A stretch of DNA of 63,942 bases, the filler included, from Conidiobolus incongruus B7586 (taxonomy: Eukaryota): NCBI GenBank assembly GCA_000697335.1. It is 14 parts of 14 records of this genome, joined end to end, with 100 filler letters (N's around TTAATTAATTAA, not from the genome) between each part and the next. Parts side by side here need not be neighbours in the genome. Positions count along the whole stretch, not along the records: positions 38,275 to 44,479 come from JNEM01006671.1; positions 44,580 to 47,014 come from JNEM01006672.1; positions 47,115 to 53,161 come from JNEM01006673.1; positions 53,262 to 63,942 come from JNEM01006674.1; 10 more parts are not named here. One strand, 5' to 3'. Both the position numbers and the translations under genes were made by a program. The number at the start of each line of letters is the position of its first letter. The stretch's first letter is position 1. Below, piece by piece: positions 40,361 to 54,214 of this stretch. The notes beneath the pieces are model-generated. The model was not told the DNA's origin. It saw only the letters and a list, made by a program, of their open reading frames with translations, and searched no databases.

Positions 40361-43168
40361 CTGACCATCACAGATTTTTGTGCCTAAAAAAGGAAATCAA
40401 AATGTATTAACGAATAGGAATTGTTAAATTTCAATATGAATTATATTTTTTGATAAATTCCGATTCCTGGCTAAAATTCATATTCTTAATATAGTAAATA
40501 TCTACTATAACAGTATTTTTTTTGATTCATTTCATATTCCTATTATAGTGAACCAATTGTCATTAAAATCGTAACATGTAACAAAAATAATATTTCCTAG
40601 TGATATATTTTTTATATTAGCAAAATAAAATTTGTGGAATATTGAATAAATATTAAAATGTTTTATTTTGAGGAACTAATACCAAAGAGAAACAAAGATA
40701 CTATAAAAAAATTTATTTCTGATTTAACTAGATATCTTAAATTAATATATTGTATTTTATAATGAAATCTATTAAAATTAGAATATTCAGCGATAATCTA
40801 ATATTCGGCATAATTTTAACACAAAGTTACTTAATTTTAAAAATTGTATATTGATAATTAAATGATAGTTTTTATTATATACATTATGCATATCTTTATA
40901 TATACTTTTGTCACAAAATTGTGTAGTACTGAGCAATTATAACAATAACTCAATAATAAAATACGTCGAAAAAGTATAATCAATTAATATATATCTAAAT
41001 ACACAATACTATGTGTATTTTAACTTTTTAAATAATTATATATATTTCTATATTTATATATTTAATATTTGGATACTATTTTTTTCACTTGTTAACATTA
41101 ATTGTTATGACTTTAATTCTTTTCAATATGAATATTGTATAAAATTTCCATAATATAGTTTTAATAGTATTCAAGTTCTATTATATATAAATATTTCATT
41201 ATATTTTATAATCTTTCGTAATATAATATCTTAAATAATATTTTTACAAATTGGAGAATCTTTTTTGTCTAATTTTTATAATTTTTTTAATTCTTATTTA
41301 AAAGGGTTAAAGTTCTTAATTGGAAAAAATTATATAAAAAGATACAAAGTATTATACAAAAGAGCTAAAAAGGCAAATAAGAGATAAAAAAATAAAGCTT
41401 AAGTTAATAGAAATAGAGGAAAAGATTTATTTAATGAAGTCAGATGGTTTAAATACTTCAAACTCATCAAACTATGGCCTATAAGGTGGATTTTCTAGAA
41501 TATCACCAGTTCATGAAATAAGAGGCTAAAACATTATTTTATTATTTATCAAAATTTCTTTCAACAAAATATTTAATATTTTATATATAATTTTATAATA
41601 TTTCTAATTTTAATATATTGTCTATTTTATAACCTTGTTGAGAGTTTTATTATATATAAATTGCTAAATTTCTATGATTATTATTTTTTCCCCTATTATT
41701 CAAATACTCTATGTATATATTATAATTTGAATTTAATATTATTTTTTCAATAAATATTTAATTCGTTAACTTTTTAAAGTAATTATTAAATGATTTTGAT
41801 TATTGATTTATTAGTATATTTTTAACATTTTCAATAGAGTTATATTTAATGTTGTTACTTAATATAACCAGTTATATTTTCCTTTGAAATAGTTTGTATA
41901 GTTTTAATTAGTTTATAATCTGCAAATTAAACTGATATTTATTATATTAAAATGAAATTGCTGTATTTTAAAAATATCCGTCCGTCTCGATTTTATGTAT
42001 ATGTCTATATTACCCATCATTAATAACGGCTTTTTCAGTCCAAAATTAAAGGATATTTTTTGTTCTATTTGTTTTTTTATATTTTAACCGAATCCTATAT
42101 TATTCACTGAATTAACTATTTAAACCTAAAAGTGAAAAAATTAGAAAGAGGAGGTTTTTTCTGAATATTCTCGTACGATGTCTCAACAAAAAGTCTGCTT
42201 TAAGGCATACAGGCCTCATATATGAAAGGCATGATTAATAAAGATTTATTGAATTGTAAATCGAGTACTTTTCTAACAATAATCTTTATTTACAAAACTT
42301 ATGATATAAAATAACAATATTAATTATATCTTTCTCATTATATCTTGATTATATTTGATTATTATAAATATACCAATTATTCAAACTCCATCTTTTAATC
42401 AATGTATTTGTAAAATATAGTACTATAACCAAATATAAAAAAATCAAAATACAAATAGTTATAATTAAAAAATATATATTTTATCAAAACAAAAGATATC
42501 AAATATTGATTATATATTAAAACAATTTATATTATTTTAATTAAATATTATATCTTTTTATATTTACAAAAATTATTTTATATTATTATTTTAATTAATT
42601 TGATTTTAATTTCTAAATTATTTAAATCGTTATTTATTTTAATATAATCATTATAATATCAAATTTCTGTAATATTTTGAATATAATTGTTAATAAATAA
42701 AAATAAAAATTATAATATATTTATTTAGTGTTAATAATTAAATATATATTACTTGATAAAAAATATTTGATTTTGTTTTTTAAAAATATTTTATTAAAAC
42801 TAACTAAAAATAAATATATTAATAAATTTTTTATTTCTGAATCTTTATAATATTTGTAGTTAAAAATAATTATATCAAGAATATATATAAAAATATTATC
42901 TATAATTTAATAATATATATATTTGATTCTTTTATAATAAAGGTTTTATAAAAATATTTTGATAATATCAAAAGTTATATTGATTTTAAGTTTAATTAAA
43001 CTAATGATAAATTATAATTTAGAAATAATAACTTATGATCTTATATTAGCTTTTTTAAATATTAATATAATTAAGTAATAAAATAGAATTTGGTAGTTAT
43101 ATAGCAAGAAGGAATTATTTGTTTAAATGATTATTGTGTTAGTAGTTGGCAATATTATCAGTAATATA

Positions 43169-44425
43169 CACTGGCCTATAAAAGTAAGTTATAAAATTAT
43201 GATTATATATATTATTATCAATAACTCTGTTAATTGTTAATTAAATTAATTTAAATTAAAATATATAATAAACTTATATTGTTTATTTATAATTAAGTAT
43301 ATTTAACTTAATTATATTAACTTTTAGTTGATATATTAAAATTTAAATTTTACCTAAAATGAGTTATAAATTTGTGTATTTTAGTTATAGAAAAAAAATT
43401 AAAACTTAAAATATCTACCTTTTGCTTTCTTAACTTCCTTAAGTTTATAAGGTATAGAGTCAACTAACTTTTTACATTAAAAAGGATTACTTTTGTTTTA
43501 AGCTTTTTAAATATATTCTTACAGCTTATTTAAATTTTTTGCTAGTGGGAAAGCTTTAATTGTTTTTTTTAACTAATTCCAAAGATGTTTAATTAGATTA
43601 AAGTTAAAGGATTGAAGAAGCTACTTCATAACTATTATTTTATTATTTTTAAATTATTTGGTAATAGAAATAGTAGTATAACAAAAGGTATTATCTTGTT
43701 AGAAAATAACATCTGATTTATTTAACTTATACTATTCAATAGTTTTTTTTAATTTATTATTTAAAATATTTTAGTATATTTTAATATTAATTCCCTTATC
43801 AACTTTATAAAGATACTTTATATTAAAAGATAACATATATTTTTAAATTATAATTAACCTATCATTATATTTTTGGGTTAAAATAACATAATGGTTATAA
43901 TGTAGTTCTTTGTCTTTTTTGAAATATCTAGCTTTTTTATTAGATTTACTAAGATATATTTTTATTTTATTAGATTAAATAACCTTATTCTAATTAGTTT
44001 CAATTTAACTTTAATGGTGATATTTAAACTCTTGCCTAACTTTATAATAAGACTTTTTTAGTTAGGGGTGTTTTTTTTAAAATATAAGTAATATTTATTA
44101 TAATATAAAGGTTGTATAATAGTATTAATATTAACTATCATTCCTACATAGTCTTATAATTCCTTTTATATTTTTACAGTAGTATTATACTTATTTATAC
44201 TAACTAACCTATAAATATACTATTTATCATTTTTATCTATAATCCTAACACATTTAAGTTTAAGTTTAAATATATCCTTACTATAATTGTTAATAACCCT
44301 AGCTATAATAAATTAACTAGCACTAGTAATTCTAGTAATCTTATAAATTAATTTACCTTTACTATAGATTTGATTAATATATAAGTGAATCTTTTTAGAG
44401 AGGGATTTAAGTATTTTAATACTAA
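43169..44425 (-). mobile_element. Mutated Tc1-family copy of a variant subfamily, one end missing
   Basis: TA|CACTGGCCTATAAAAGTAAGTTATAAAAT TIR. Body colinear with 36689-38174 but with a different subterminal spacer. Confidence 0.85.
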
Positions 44426-44579
44426 TATTATTTAAAATAAAAATTTACAATAATAATATTAATATATATATATAATTATNNNNNNNNNNNNNNNNNNNNN
44501 NNNNNNNNNNNNNNNNNNNNNNNTTAATTAATTAANNNNNNNNNNNNNNNNNNNNNNNNNNNNNNNNNNNNNNNNNNNN

Positions 44580-45959
44580 TAAAATAAGTCATAAATTTAT
44601 AGATTTTTAAAATAAAGGGATATATTTAACAATATATAATCATATTTTTTTTCTCTTTTTATTGTTATTTTATATAATATTTTATAAATATACTAATATA
44701 TTTTATTAGTATTATTATGTTTAAATCCCTTTTTAAAAAAATTCACTTGTATATTAATTAACTTTATAAAAAAAATAAATCAACTTATGATATTATTAGA
44801 ATTACTAGTGTTAACTAATTTACTATAGTTAAATCTATTAAGAATAGCAATAAAAACACATTTAAGCTTAAACTTAAATGTGTTAAAATTATAAATAACT
44901 ATGATAAAAAATATATTTATATATTAGTTAATATAAGTAAGTGTAGTATTATTATAAAAAAAAACAAAAACTATAAAATTATATAAGAGTATTAGTTGGT
45001 ACTAATATTATTATATATTCTTTATATTAATATAGATACTATTTATATTTTAAGGAAAAACACCTTTAACTAAAAAAATACCATTATAAAGCTAGATAAG
45101 AGTTTAAATGTCATTATTAATATTAAAATAAAACTAATTAAAATAAGATTATTTAATTTAATAAAATAAAAATATTCTTTAATAAATTTAATAAAAAAGC
45201 TAAATAATTTAAAAAAAATATAGAATTACTTTATAACTATCATATTAATTTTACCTAAAAATATAATAATAGGTTAATTATTATTTGGAGATATATATTA
45301 TCTTTATATATAAAATATTTTTATAAAATTAATAAGGGAATTAATGTTGAGATGTATTAAAATATTTTAAATAATAAATTAAAAAAACCATTGAAAATTT
45401 AAGGTTAGATTAATCTAATATTTTTTTCTAATAAGATAATACCTTTTGTTATATTATAAATTTTATTACCAAATAGCTTAAAAATAACAAGATAATAGTT
45501 ATAAAGTAGTTTTTTTTAATTTTTTAATCTTAACCTAATTTAATACTTTTAAAATTAGTTAAAAAAACTATTAAAACTTCCCCCTAATAAAAGATTTAGA
45601 TTAATTTTAAGAATATATTTATAAAATATAAAACAAGATTAACCTTTTTTAATATAAGAAGTTAATTGATTTTATACCCTATAAACCTAAAGAAGTTAGA
45701 AAAGCTAAAGGTAGATATATTAAGTTTTAATTTTTTTTATCACCAAAAACCTATAAATTTATAACTTACTTAAAATAAAATTTAAGAGTTTATATTTTAA
45801 TCAATTAATAACTAAATATCATCATTTAATGATATATATCATTAATAAATATAATAGATTTTAATTATTAAATTTAAGTTTATTTCATTAAAATTTAATT
45901 ATGTTATTAGTAAAAATATAAGTGTTTTTGATTTTATAACTTATTTTTATAGGTTAGTA
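44580..45959 (+). mobile_element. Heavily mutated Tc1-family copy, left end in gap
   Basis: Colinear with other copies. Right TIR ..ATAACTTATTTTTATAGGTTAGTA. Confidence 0.87.
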
Positions 45960-46281
45960 TATATATAAAATATATTTATAATACTTTATAATAATTTATA
46001 TTAATATAAAACTAAAATACTAGTTTATTAAGATTTTGAAAATAAAATTAATTCTAAATTAATCAAAAATTTAATTTTATTATTATTAATCATTTAATTA
46101 ATTAAATAATATTTAAGATAATAATTTTAACTAATCAATAAAATCACTTTGGTCTTGATTATAATATATTAAATTTATTCAATTTTAATATTTTAATTAT
46201 TTTTTTTAAATTTTATTAAATTATAAGAAATATACTCTATATTCTTTTCATCTATTATGATTTGAATTTTAATATATATAT

Positions 46282-46593
46282 TGATAGGGAAAAAACCTTG
46301 ATTATTATATTAATTCAAGAAATCATATTGGAGGTACCTTATTTTATAAATTGTTGAACGTATTACTTAATAAACATATATTTCTAATTTTATTTCAATA
46401 ATATCCAGCCTCTAAATTTTTTTATAATATTCACAAAAGTATTAAGTATTTATTTTATTTGTGATAAGCCATTTTCACATAATTTAGTGAATCTTATTAA
46501 TTTCCCTTAATTTTATAATAACCTATTGTTTACCACTGGGGATTCACTATTTAAGTCTTTGAATCCTATTTCCTCTAGTGGTTGTAATCTTCA
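46282..46593 (+). mobile_element. Solo LTR (~312 bp), diverged relative of the 49747 LTR
   Basis: TG..CA ends with ATAT on both flanks. Shares TTCACAAAAGT and TTTAGTGAATCT..AATTTCCCTTAATT..TATTGTTTACCACTGG with 49747-50181. Confidence 0.72.
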
Positions 46594-47114
46594 ATATATA
46601 GCTAATGTTTTAATATCGATAAGTTTTTAGATAAAATAAAAAATATTATATAAAATATTATTTTTATCAATAATTGAAATAATAAATATCTATATTAATT
46701 TTATAAATCTTAATATAATTTAAATAATTTTATTTTTAATTTTAAAATAATTAATTTATTATTAAGAAATAATTTAAAATAATATATCTTATTAATCAAT
46801 AATTTGTAAATTATAAAAATATTTAAAAAATTTAAGGCTAAATTTGAATTATTCTAAAATAAATAAAAAGCTTCTAATAATTATTATTGATTATATTTTG
46901 ATTTAAATATAATAATTAATAATTAAATTAATTAATTTTAATAAAATATACTATTGAAATTAATATTTTGATTTTTATTCATTAATTTCCTTTTTATTTT
47001 TTATTGATTTTTTTNNNNNNNNNNNNNNNNNNNNNNNNNNNNNNNNNNNNNNNNNNNNTTAATTAATTAANNNNNNNNNNNNNNNNNNNNNNNNNNNNNN
47101 NNNNNNNNNNNNNN

Positions 47115-49320
47115 AAGAAAGTGACCGTGAAAAGACTGCTTTCAACGTTCCCAATGGGCGATTTCAGTACAAGAGGTTACCGTTTGGAGTGTGTAACGCT
47201 CCAGGATTCTTTCAGGAAATGATGAACATCATCCTGCAAGAGTATCTTTACAAATTCGTAGTCGTGTACCTGGATGACATCCTCATCTATTCAGAATCTA
47301 TCAACGATCACCTATATCATTTAAATTTAGTATTCGAAGCTCTTCATAAGTTTAACCTGCGCATTAACTCAGAAAAATGTCAATTCGGTTTCTCCGAGCT
47401 AGGATATCTGGGTCATGTCGTAGGTAATGGAAAGATCAAACCTGATGTAAGTAATCTAGACAAAATTAGAGCCCTTACTCCCCCTAAGGATGTAAAGAGC
47501 ATACGTGCTTTCTTAGGACTCACGGGTTATTACCGTGTGTTTGTAGAAAACTACTCCAGCCGAGCCCGTCCACTAACACGTCTTCTTAAGAAAGACACTC
47601 CCTTTAACTGGGACCACACCTGCAAACTAGCTTTTCATGATTTGAAAAATACTCTCCCCCAGGAACTAGTCCTAATGAGCCCAGATTACAGCAAGGAGTT
47701 CCTCTTAAGCACTGACTCATCTGGCTATGCCATGGGTGCTGTATTAGGACAGCTTGATGACAATGGCTATGAGCACCCTGTCTGATTTTGGTCTAAAACT
47801 TTAAGTCCAACAGAGGAAAAGTATGGGGTCACCCAAAAAGAAGCCTTGGCAATTGTGAAGGCAGTAGAGCACTTCAAAGTGTACCTGCTTGGACACCATT
47901 TTACTATTTTCACTGATCATGCATCTGCTAAAAGTTATTTGCAGTTGTCTGACCCCTCTCCTCAACAATTTTGTTGGATGATGATCCTCTCTCGCTTTGA
48001 TTACACCATAATCCATAAGGCTGGATTAAAAAACTGCAACGCTGATTTCATGTCTCAGCTGAAAATTGAAGTCCACACAATAGAAATCCCTAAAAAGGAG
48101 TGTGATTGACTCTACAATGAATATGAAGACTTTTTGGTCAACATAATCATTTATCTCAGAAATGTCTGAGATAGTGAGATGTATGTAGGCTCAAAAGAAA
48201 TTTGTTGTAGAGCCCTCAATTATGTGCTCATCAATGAAAGAATACACAGAGTAGTGAATCTAATTGATGTTAAAGTTTATAAGGAAATCCCTCCAAAAAG
48301 TGAGAGGAAGGCACTACTCAAGAGTGCACACAACCTACAAGGGCACTTCTCTCAGAAAGCTACCTATAAAAGGATCAGTTTCCAGTATTGGTAGCCAAAA
48401 ATAGGAGAACAGGTTAATGATTACTGCAAAAGTTGCACCCAATGCAAAGAAAACCAGCCTGGCACCTCCACAATTGACAAAGTCATTTGGGTTGCCCCTG
48501 AGGGGATCTTTAACTACTGGGGAGTTGATTTTGTGGGACCCTTTAACCCCACTCCCCTTGGTAACAAGTATATACTTGTGTTTACCAAACATACTACTAA
48601 ATGGGCAGTAGCTGTCCCAACAAAGAATTGCACTGCTTCCACTGCCACTACCCATTTATTTTACCATATCATCACCAGTTACAGAATACCTTGGTACCTA
48701 ATCTTAGACTGTGGAACACATTTCATTGCAAAAATTTTTAGTAAGGTGCTTAGTCAGCTAGGAACTGAACATATCAAAACAGCCCCTTACACCCCTAGCT
48801 TTAATAGCCACACTGAGTGAATAAATCAAACCTTGTGCAACAGCCTTAAGAAAAAGGTCCAAGAAACTTGTTAAGAGTGGGATAAGGTTTTAGCAGATAT
48901 TGTGTGGGTATATAGAACCAGTCCCCATAAAGGTTTAGAAGGGCTCACTCCCTTTTATATGATATATGGTGTTAACCCTAACCAAGCTAAGTTTGAGAAA
49001 CAAGCTTTGTTTGATTTACAGAAGAGACTTCCCCATGACAAACAACTAGATCTTCTCTTCCTCAATCAGATTATCATCTGAGAAAAAAAAGAGCTGCACA
49101 ATCAGGATTAACTTATTGAAAAGCCTTATTACATTAGAGATAAGGTTATGTGGTGGAATTATGAGAAGACTTGTACCCCCTATTCTAAACTTGTAAACAA
49201 CTGGGTCTCTAGTTATATCATTAGGGATTACAATGGAAAAGGTATATACCTCATAAGCCTACCTAATCAACCTGAAAAGGATGGAAAGTGGGTGAATTAT
49301 TGGCAGCTTTGTGCTGAATG
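47115..49320 (+). pseudogene. Ty3/gypsy pol (RT - RNase H - integrase), disrupted by stops
   Basis: KTAF..RLPFG..NAP, YLDDILIYS, FLGLTGYYR, TDSSGYAMGAVLGQ, FTDH, NADFMS, integrase H-H-C-C, WGVDFVGP and TAPYTP. Confidence 0.94.
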
Positions 49321-49746
49321 AGTAATCACCTCTGTTATATACTCCTCACACCAGTCTACATTTTTCCTCTATTCTTTTTTTTTTTTTTCTCTCTTTTATT
49401 ATTATTTTTATTTTTTTTTCTTTTTTTTCTCCTTATATTTTATTTATCTTTTGTTTATTGATTTATTATTTTTTTAAGAAAAAATAACACAAAAGAAATG
49501 ATAAAACAAAAAAAAACACAAAAAAAATCTTGCCAAACTGATAAGTTAATTCAGAAAAGAAGGATCATAGCTAAAGAAACCTTATTCTAACCTAACAGTT
49601 TTAATCTTTAGTTGTACCTATTCTACACTTATCAAATAAAGCTAACCCACAATGTTATTTAGATAGGATATAATTTACTTCTAGAAGGTAGAGTTTCTAA
49701 ATTATTGCTTCTATGTTTAAAACAAACAAAGGTAAAACAAAGATAT

Positions 49747-50181
49747 TGATGGAGAATAATTTTGTTAATTACTCAAGAAACTCTGATTACCACAAGATTC
49801 ACAAAGTTATATTAGAGATATCACATCTTATAAACTAGTTGATCCTATTACTTTCCACCTGTAAGTTATTTATGTATATAAAAATCAACAATGGAATCTA
49901 ATATAAGATTATCATAAGCAAACTAATAAACATATCATTTATTTTTATTTTCAAAAGTATATCATCTTTAAGTTTTTCTCATAACTTTCACAAAAGTGTT
50001 GAGTTTTAACAAGCATAAGATATTTACTTTATTTAAAGAACCTAATTTGTAATAAGTTATTTTTACCTATTTTAGTGAATCTCAATAATTTCCCTTAATT
50101 ATATAGTAATTTATTGTTTACCACTGGTGATTCTTTGTTTAAGCTTATAAAACCTATTGTTGTTAGTGTTAACACCTAACA
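49747..50181 (+). mobile_element. 3' LTR (435 bp), probably of the 47115 gypsy element; followed directly by Tc1 sequence
   Basis: TGATGGAGAA ... ACACCTAACA. Inverted near-copy at 50503-50937. Confidence 0.82.
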
Positions 50182-51480
50182 TTAATTTACTATAGTTAAA
50201 GCTATCAAAAATTATAGTAAAGATATATTTAAACTTAAACTTAAATATATAAAGATTATAAATAGATATGATAAAAAATATATTTAGAGTTTAATTAATA
50301 TAAGTAAGAATAATATTATTATAGAAATATAAAAAGAATTATAAGATTATATAAAAATATTAGTTAATACTAATATTATTATATATTCTTTATATTATAA
50401 TAAATACCACTTATATTTTAAGAAAAAACACCTTTAATTAAAAAAATCCTATTATAAAGCTAGGTAGGAGTTTAAATATCATAATTAAAATTAAATTAAA
50501 ATTGTCAGGTGTTAACACTAACAACAATGGGCTTTACAAGCTTAAACAGGGAATCACCAGTGGTAAACAATAAATTACTATGTAATTAAGGGAAATTATT
50601 GGGGTTCACCAAAGTAGGTGAAAATGACTTGTTACAAATTGGGTTCTTTGAATAAAGTAAATATCTCACACTTGTCACAACTCAACACTTTTGTGAAGGC
50701 TACAAGAAAAACTTAGAGATGGTATACTTTTGAAAATGAAGATAGAAGATGTGTTTATTAGTTTGCTTGTGATAATCTTATATTAGGTTCCATTGTTGAT
50801 TTTTGTGGACATGAACAACTTATAGGCAGAAAGTAATAGGATTAACTAGTTTATAGGGTGTGATATCTCTAATGTGACTTCTCAAATCCTGTGGTAATCA
50901 GAGTTTCTTGAGTAATTGACAAGATTATTCTCCATCAAAATTAATTAAAATAAGGTTATTTAATCTAATGAAATAAAAATATAATTTAGTAAATTTGATA
51001 AAAAAGTTAAATGTTTTAAAAAAACAAAAAATTACTTTGTAACTATTATGTTATTTTAACCTAAAAATATAATGATGGGTAAATTATAATTTAAAGATAT
51101 ATATTATCTTTTAGTGTAAAATATTATTATAAAATTAATAAGGGAATTAATATTAAGATATACTAAAATATTCTAAATAATAAATTAAAAGAAATAAAAT
51201 ATTAAAAAATATTAATAAATATAAAAACTAATTATTATTTTTTAATATAATAATATATTTGTTATATTATAATCTTTATTAAAAAAAACTTCAAAATAAT
51301 AAATTAATATATAAAATAGTTATAAAATATTATTTTTAATATTTGGATTTTTATTAAAGAATCTATATATAGATTATATAATAATTAAAGTTTTTTTATT
51401 AATAAAAAATTAAATTAAATTTTAAATGTATATTTAGATGGTTTATAATAATATATATATTTTTTTAAAATGAAAAAATT
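50182..51480 (+). mobile_element. Heavily mutated Tc1 copy serving as the target of LTR insertions
   Basis: Matches the Tc1 body (AAGAAAAAACACC, TAAGGGAATTAAT) on both sides of the solo LTR. Fades out after ~51.2 kb. Confidence 0.78.
50503..50937 (-). mobile_element. Solo LTR (435 bp) with 4-bp TSD AAAT
   Basis: TGTCAGGTGTTAACAC ... CTCCATCA. Removing it plus one AAAT restores the Tc1 sequence seen in other copies. Confidence 0.9.
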
Positions 51481-51589
51481 TTTAACTTTATATTTATTAA
51501 GGTAAAAAATTAATAAAACAAAAAATAAATATATTCACCTATAAAAATAGAATATAAAATCAAAAATATTTATATTTTTATTAATAATC

Positions 51590-52900
51590 TATTATCTTAA
51601 ATTTAAAAAAATGGGAAATTTTTTAATTTCTGATTTTTCAAATATATTATTAGTTTGAAATAAATATATATATATAAAGTTAATAGGAAATTATATACTT
51701 TTAATATATATATATATATATATATATAATAATTTTTTGATTAAAAAATTAACTTTTTAAATTTGGCTGTTTAATTTAATTATACTTAAACTAAATAATA
51801 ATCATCAAAAGTTTTTTATTTTAGTATCAATAAAACTTAACCATAAGCATTTTCAAATCATTTAAAATTTACAAGCAACTTTTAATAATAAAGTATTATC
51901 TAAATTAACAATTTATCACTAGGTAAATTACTTTAAAGCTAAAAGAAAAACTATTTAAAACCTGTTAAAATTTATAAAACTAGCTTTAATTATTACTCTT
52001 TCAATTGTTAATAGAGTGAAAAAATATATTGAAAAACACCTTTTTATTTTAGTTAAAAAATTATCTAAGCATTTTAATATTAGTTTTATAAGTATTTTAT
52101 ATTTATCAAAGTTTAAACTCAAATTAATAAATAAAAATATAAAATAGGTACCTTATAATTTAACTAAAGCTTAGAAAAAAGCTAGAGTAGTTATTGTTAA
52201 ACAAAACTTACTAAAATATTACTAGAAGCTTAAACTTTTACAATAAATAATTACAATTGATGAATCTTAAATCTTTATATATAATTCTTTACTAAAACAC
52301 AAATTAAAATGCTAGATTAAGTTAAATTAACCTCCTTTATAAATCCCTTTAAATAAGCATTTTGTTAATAAATAAATATTAATTATTATATTAGATTATA
52401 ATAATATATGCTACTCTTATTTAGTTCTTAAAGGAAAATCAATTAATAGTAAACTTTATATTGCTTTTTTAAATAAAAGTATTTTTAATTGGTGTTCTTA
52501 ATATAATTTAAGAAAACCTATTATTTTGTATAATAATTACAAAATTCATAAATCTAAAGATATAAAAAACTTTCTAATTAAAAATAACTAGAAAAAACTA
52601 CCACATTTAATATATTCTTTAGATTATAACCTATATAATTATAATTGCTTTAGGTAATTAAAAAACCAGCTTGCAAGAAAAAAAATTTTTACAAGAAAAT
52701 TTAATTAGTTTGTAAAATATCAAATTTCAGTCTTTGATAAAAAGAATTATTTTTTAGGTGTTAGATCTTTGCTAAAAGTAAGGTAAAATGTTATTAATAA
52801 TAAAAGAAACTATTAAATTTATGTTATATATTTATTTTTATATATTATATATTAAAATATTTATTTATTTTTAATTCTAAAAAATTCCCATTATGAAAAA
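51590..52900 (+). mobile_element. Near full-length mutated mariner copy (Tc1 end fragment follows at ~52900-53160)
   Basis: AATGGGAAATTTTTTAATTTCTGA at ~51610 and AAAAATTCCCATTAT at ~52880. Very similar to 26349-27653. Confidence 0.88.
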
Positions 52901-53261
52901 AAAATAATAATTAATATTCAAAAAAATAAACTTAAATTAAATAATTAATATTATATATATTTATTGAAAATATAAATTATTAAAAGGTGATATTTAACTA
53001 TTATTGAGTTAAATTATCAATTTTTAAATTTTATTTCAGATAAGTTATAAATTTCTAGGTTTTTGATGATAAAAAAATTAAAACTTAATATATCTACTTA
53101 TAATTTTTTAATTTGTTTAAGTATATAAGATATAAAATCAATTAACTTTTTATATCAAAAANNNNNNNNNNNNNNNNNNNNNNNNNNNNNNNNNNNNNNN
53201 NNNNNTTAATTAATTAANNNNNNNNNNNNNNNNNNNNNNNNNNNNNNNNNNNNNNNNNNNN

Positions 53262-53957
53262 AAGTCCATGTAGAAAGCTCATAATTCGATTGAAGGAATG
53301 GCGTTGAGGGAGGCAGTTTTCGAGGCGTCGATACGCATCTAAATAACTAGAAACAGTGGTAGTTTGTCTCAGATCTAGAAGTTTGTGATAAGCGACATTT
53401 TCTGAGTCAAAAGGGTAAAATTCGTCTTTCAGTTTTTGTTTAAACTGTTCGAAGTCATTGATATACTCGGAATCGTACTCGCCAGAGGAAAGGCGGTGTG
53501 ACCTTTGGTAGTTTTCCAGCCAGGTTCGGGCATTACCTGTTAAATGGATAGATACTAAATCCAATTGCTCTGATGGGGTCATTGGGACATGTTTGAAATA
53601 CATCTCGAAAGAATTCAAAAAATCTTGGATTTGTTGAGCCTTTCTAGAACCATCATAGTTCTTTAATTGTTTAGATAGTTGTTTGATAAAAGGAGTTGTA
53701 GGAAAGATCTCACGAGCTGAGTATATAGATGGAGAAGGAGTCATTCTCTTTTGGTCCTGATATTTGGAGAATAAATGGATTAAGAGGTTCGCTCTTTGTT
53801 GATTGTTTAGTTGGTAAAAATGATCATTCGGGTTATTATTTTCATCAAAGAGATCTTCGATAAAGAGAACTTCTGGGGTATAGGAGGTATCTCCATGTTG
53901 GTTAGAGGAATTTTCCTGACTTTGCCCTGTGTGAGTTAGGACACCATAGGTAGTCAT
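53262..53957 (-). CDS. Ty3/gypsy Gag N-terminal part, runs into gap
   Basis: YDGS..FLNSFEMYF..LTGNARTW..FKQKLKDEF..LLDLRQTTTVSSYLDAY retrotransposon-gag pattern. Lies downstream of an LTR and PBS. Confidence 0.9.
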
Positions 53958-54214
53958 ATCAGTTTTATCTAAACAAACTATAATATAATCAAGAGAGCAG
54001 AGGTAAATTAATGTAAAAGATAGGGAGAGATGAGATAGGAGAAAAGGTTATAAGAAGAGATAAGAGATAAGGAGAGATAAGGATAGATGAGAAGAAATGA
54101 GAAGAGAAAAGATGTAATGGAAGATTGAGATTTAATAAGGAGGTTATAAAATATATATTATATTATTTTTGATTTTAGGTTGGAATAGGAGAGACATGAG
54201 TCTCACTGCTACCA

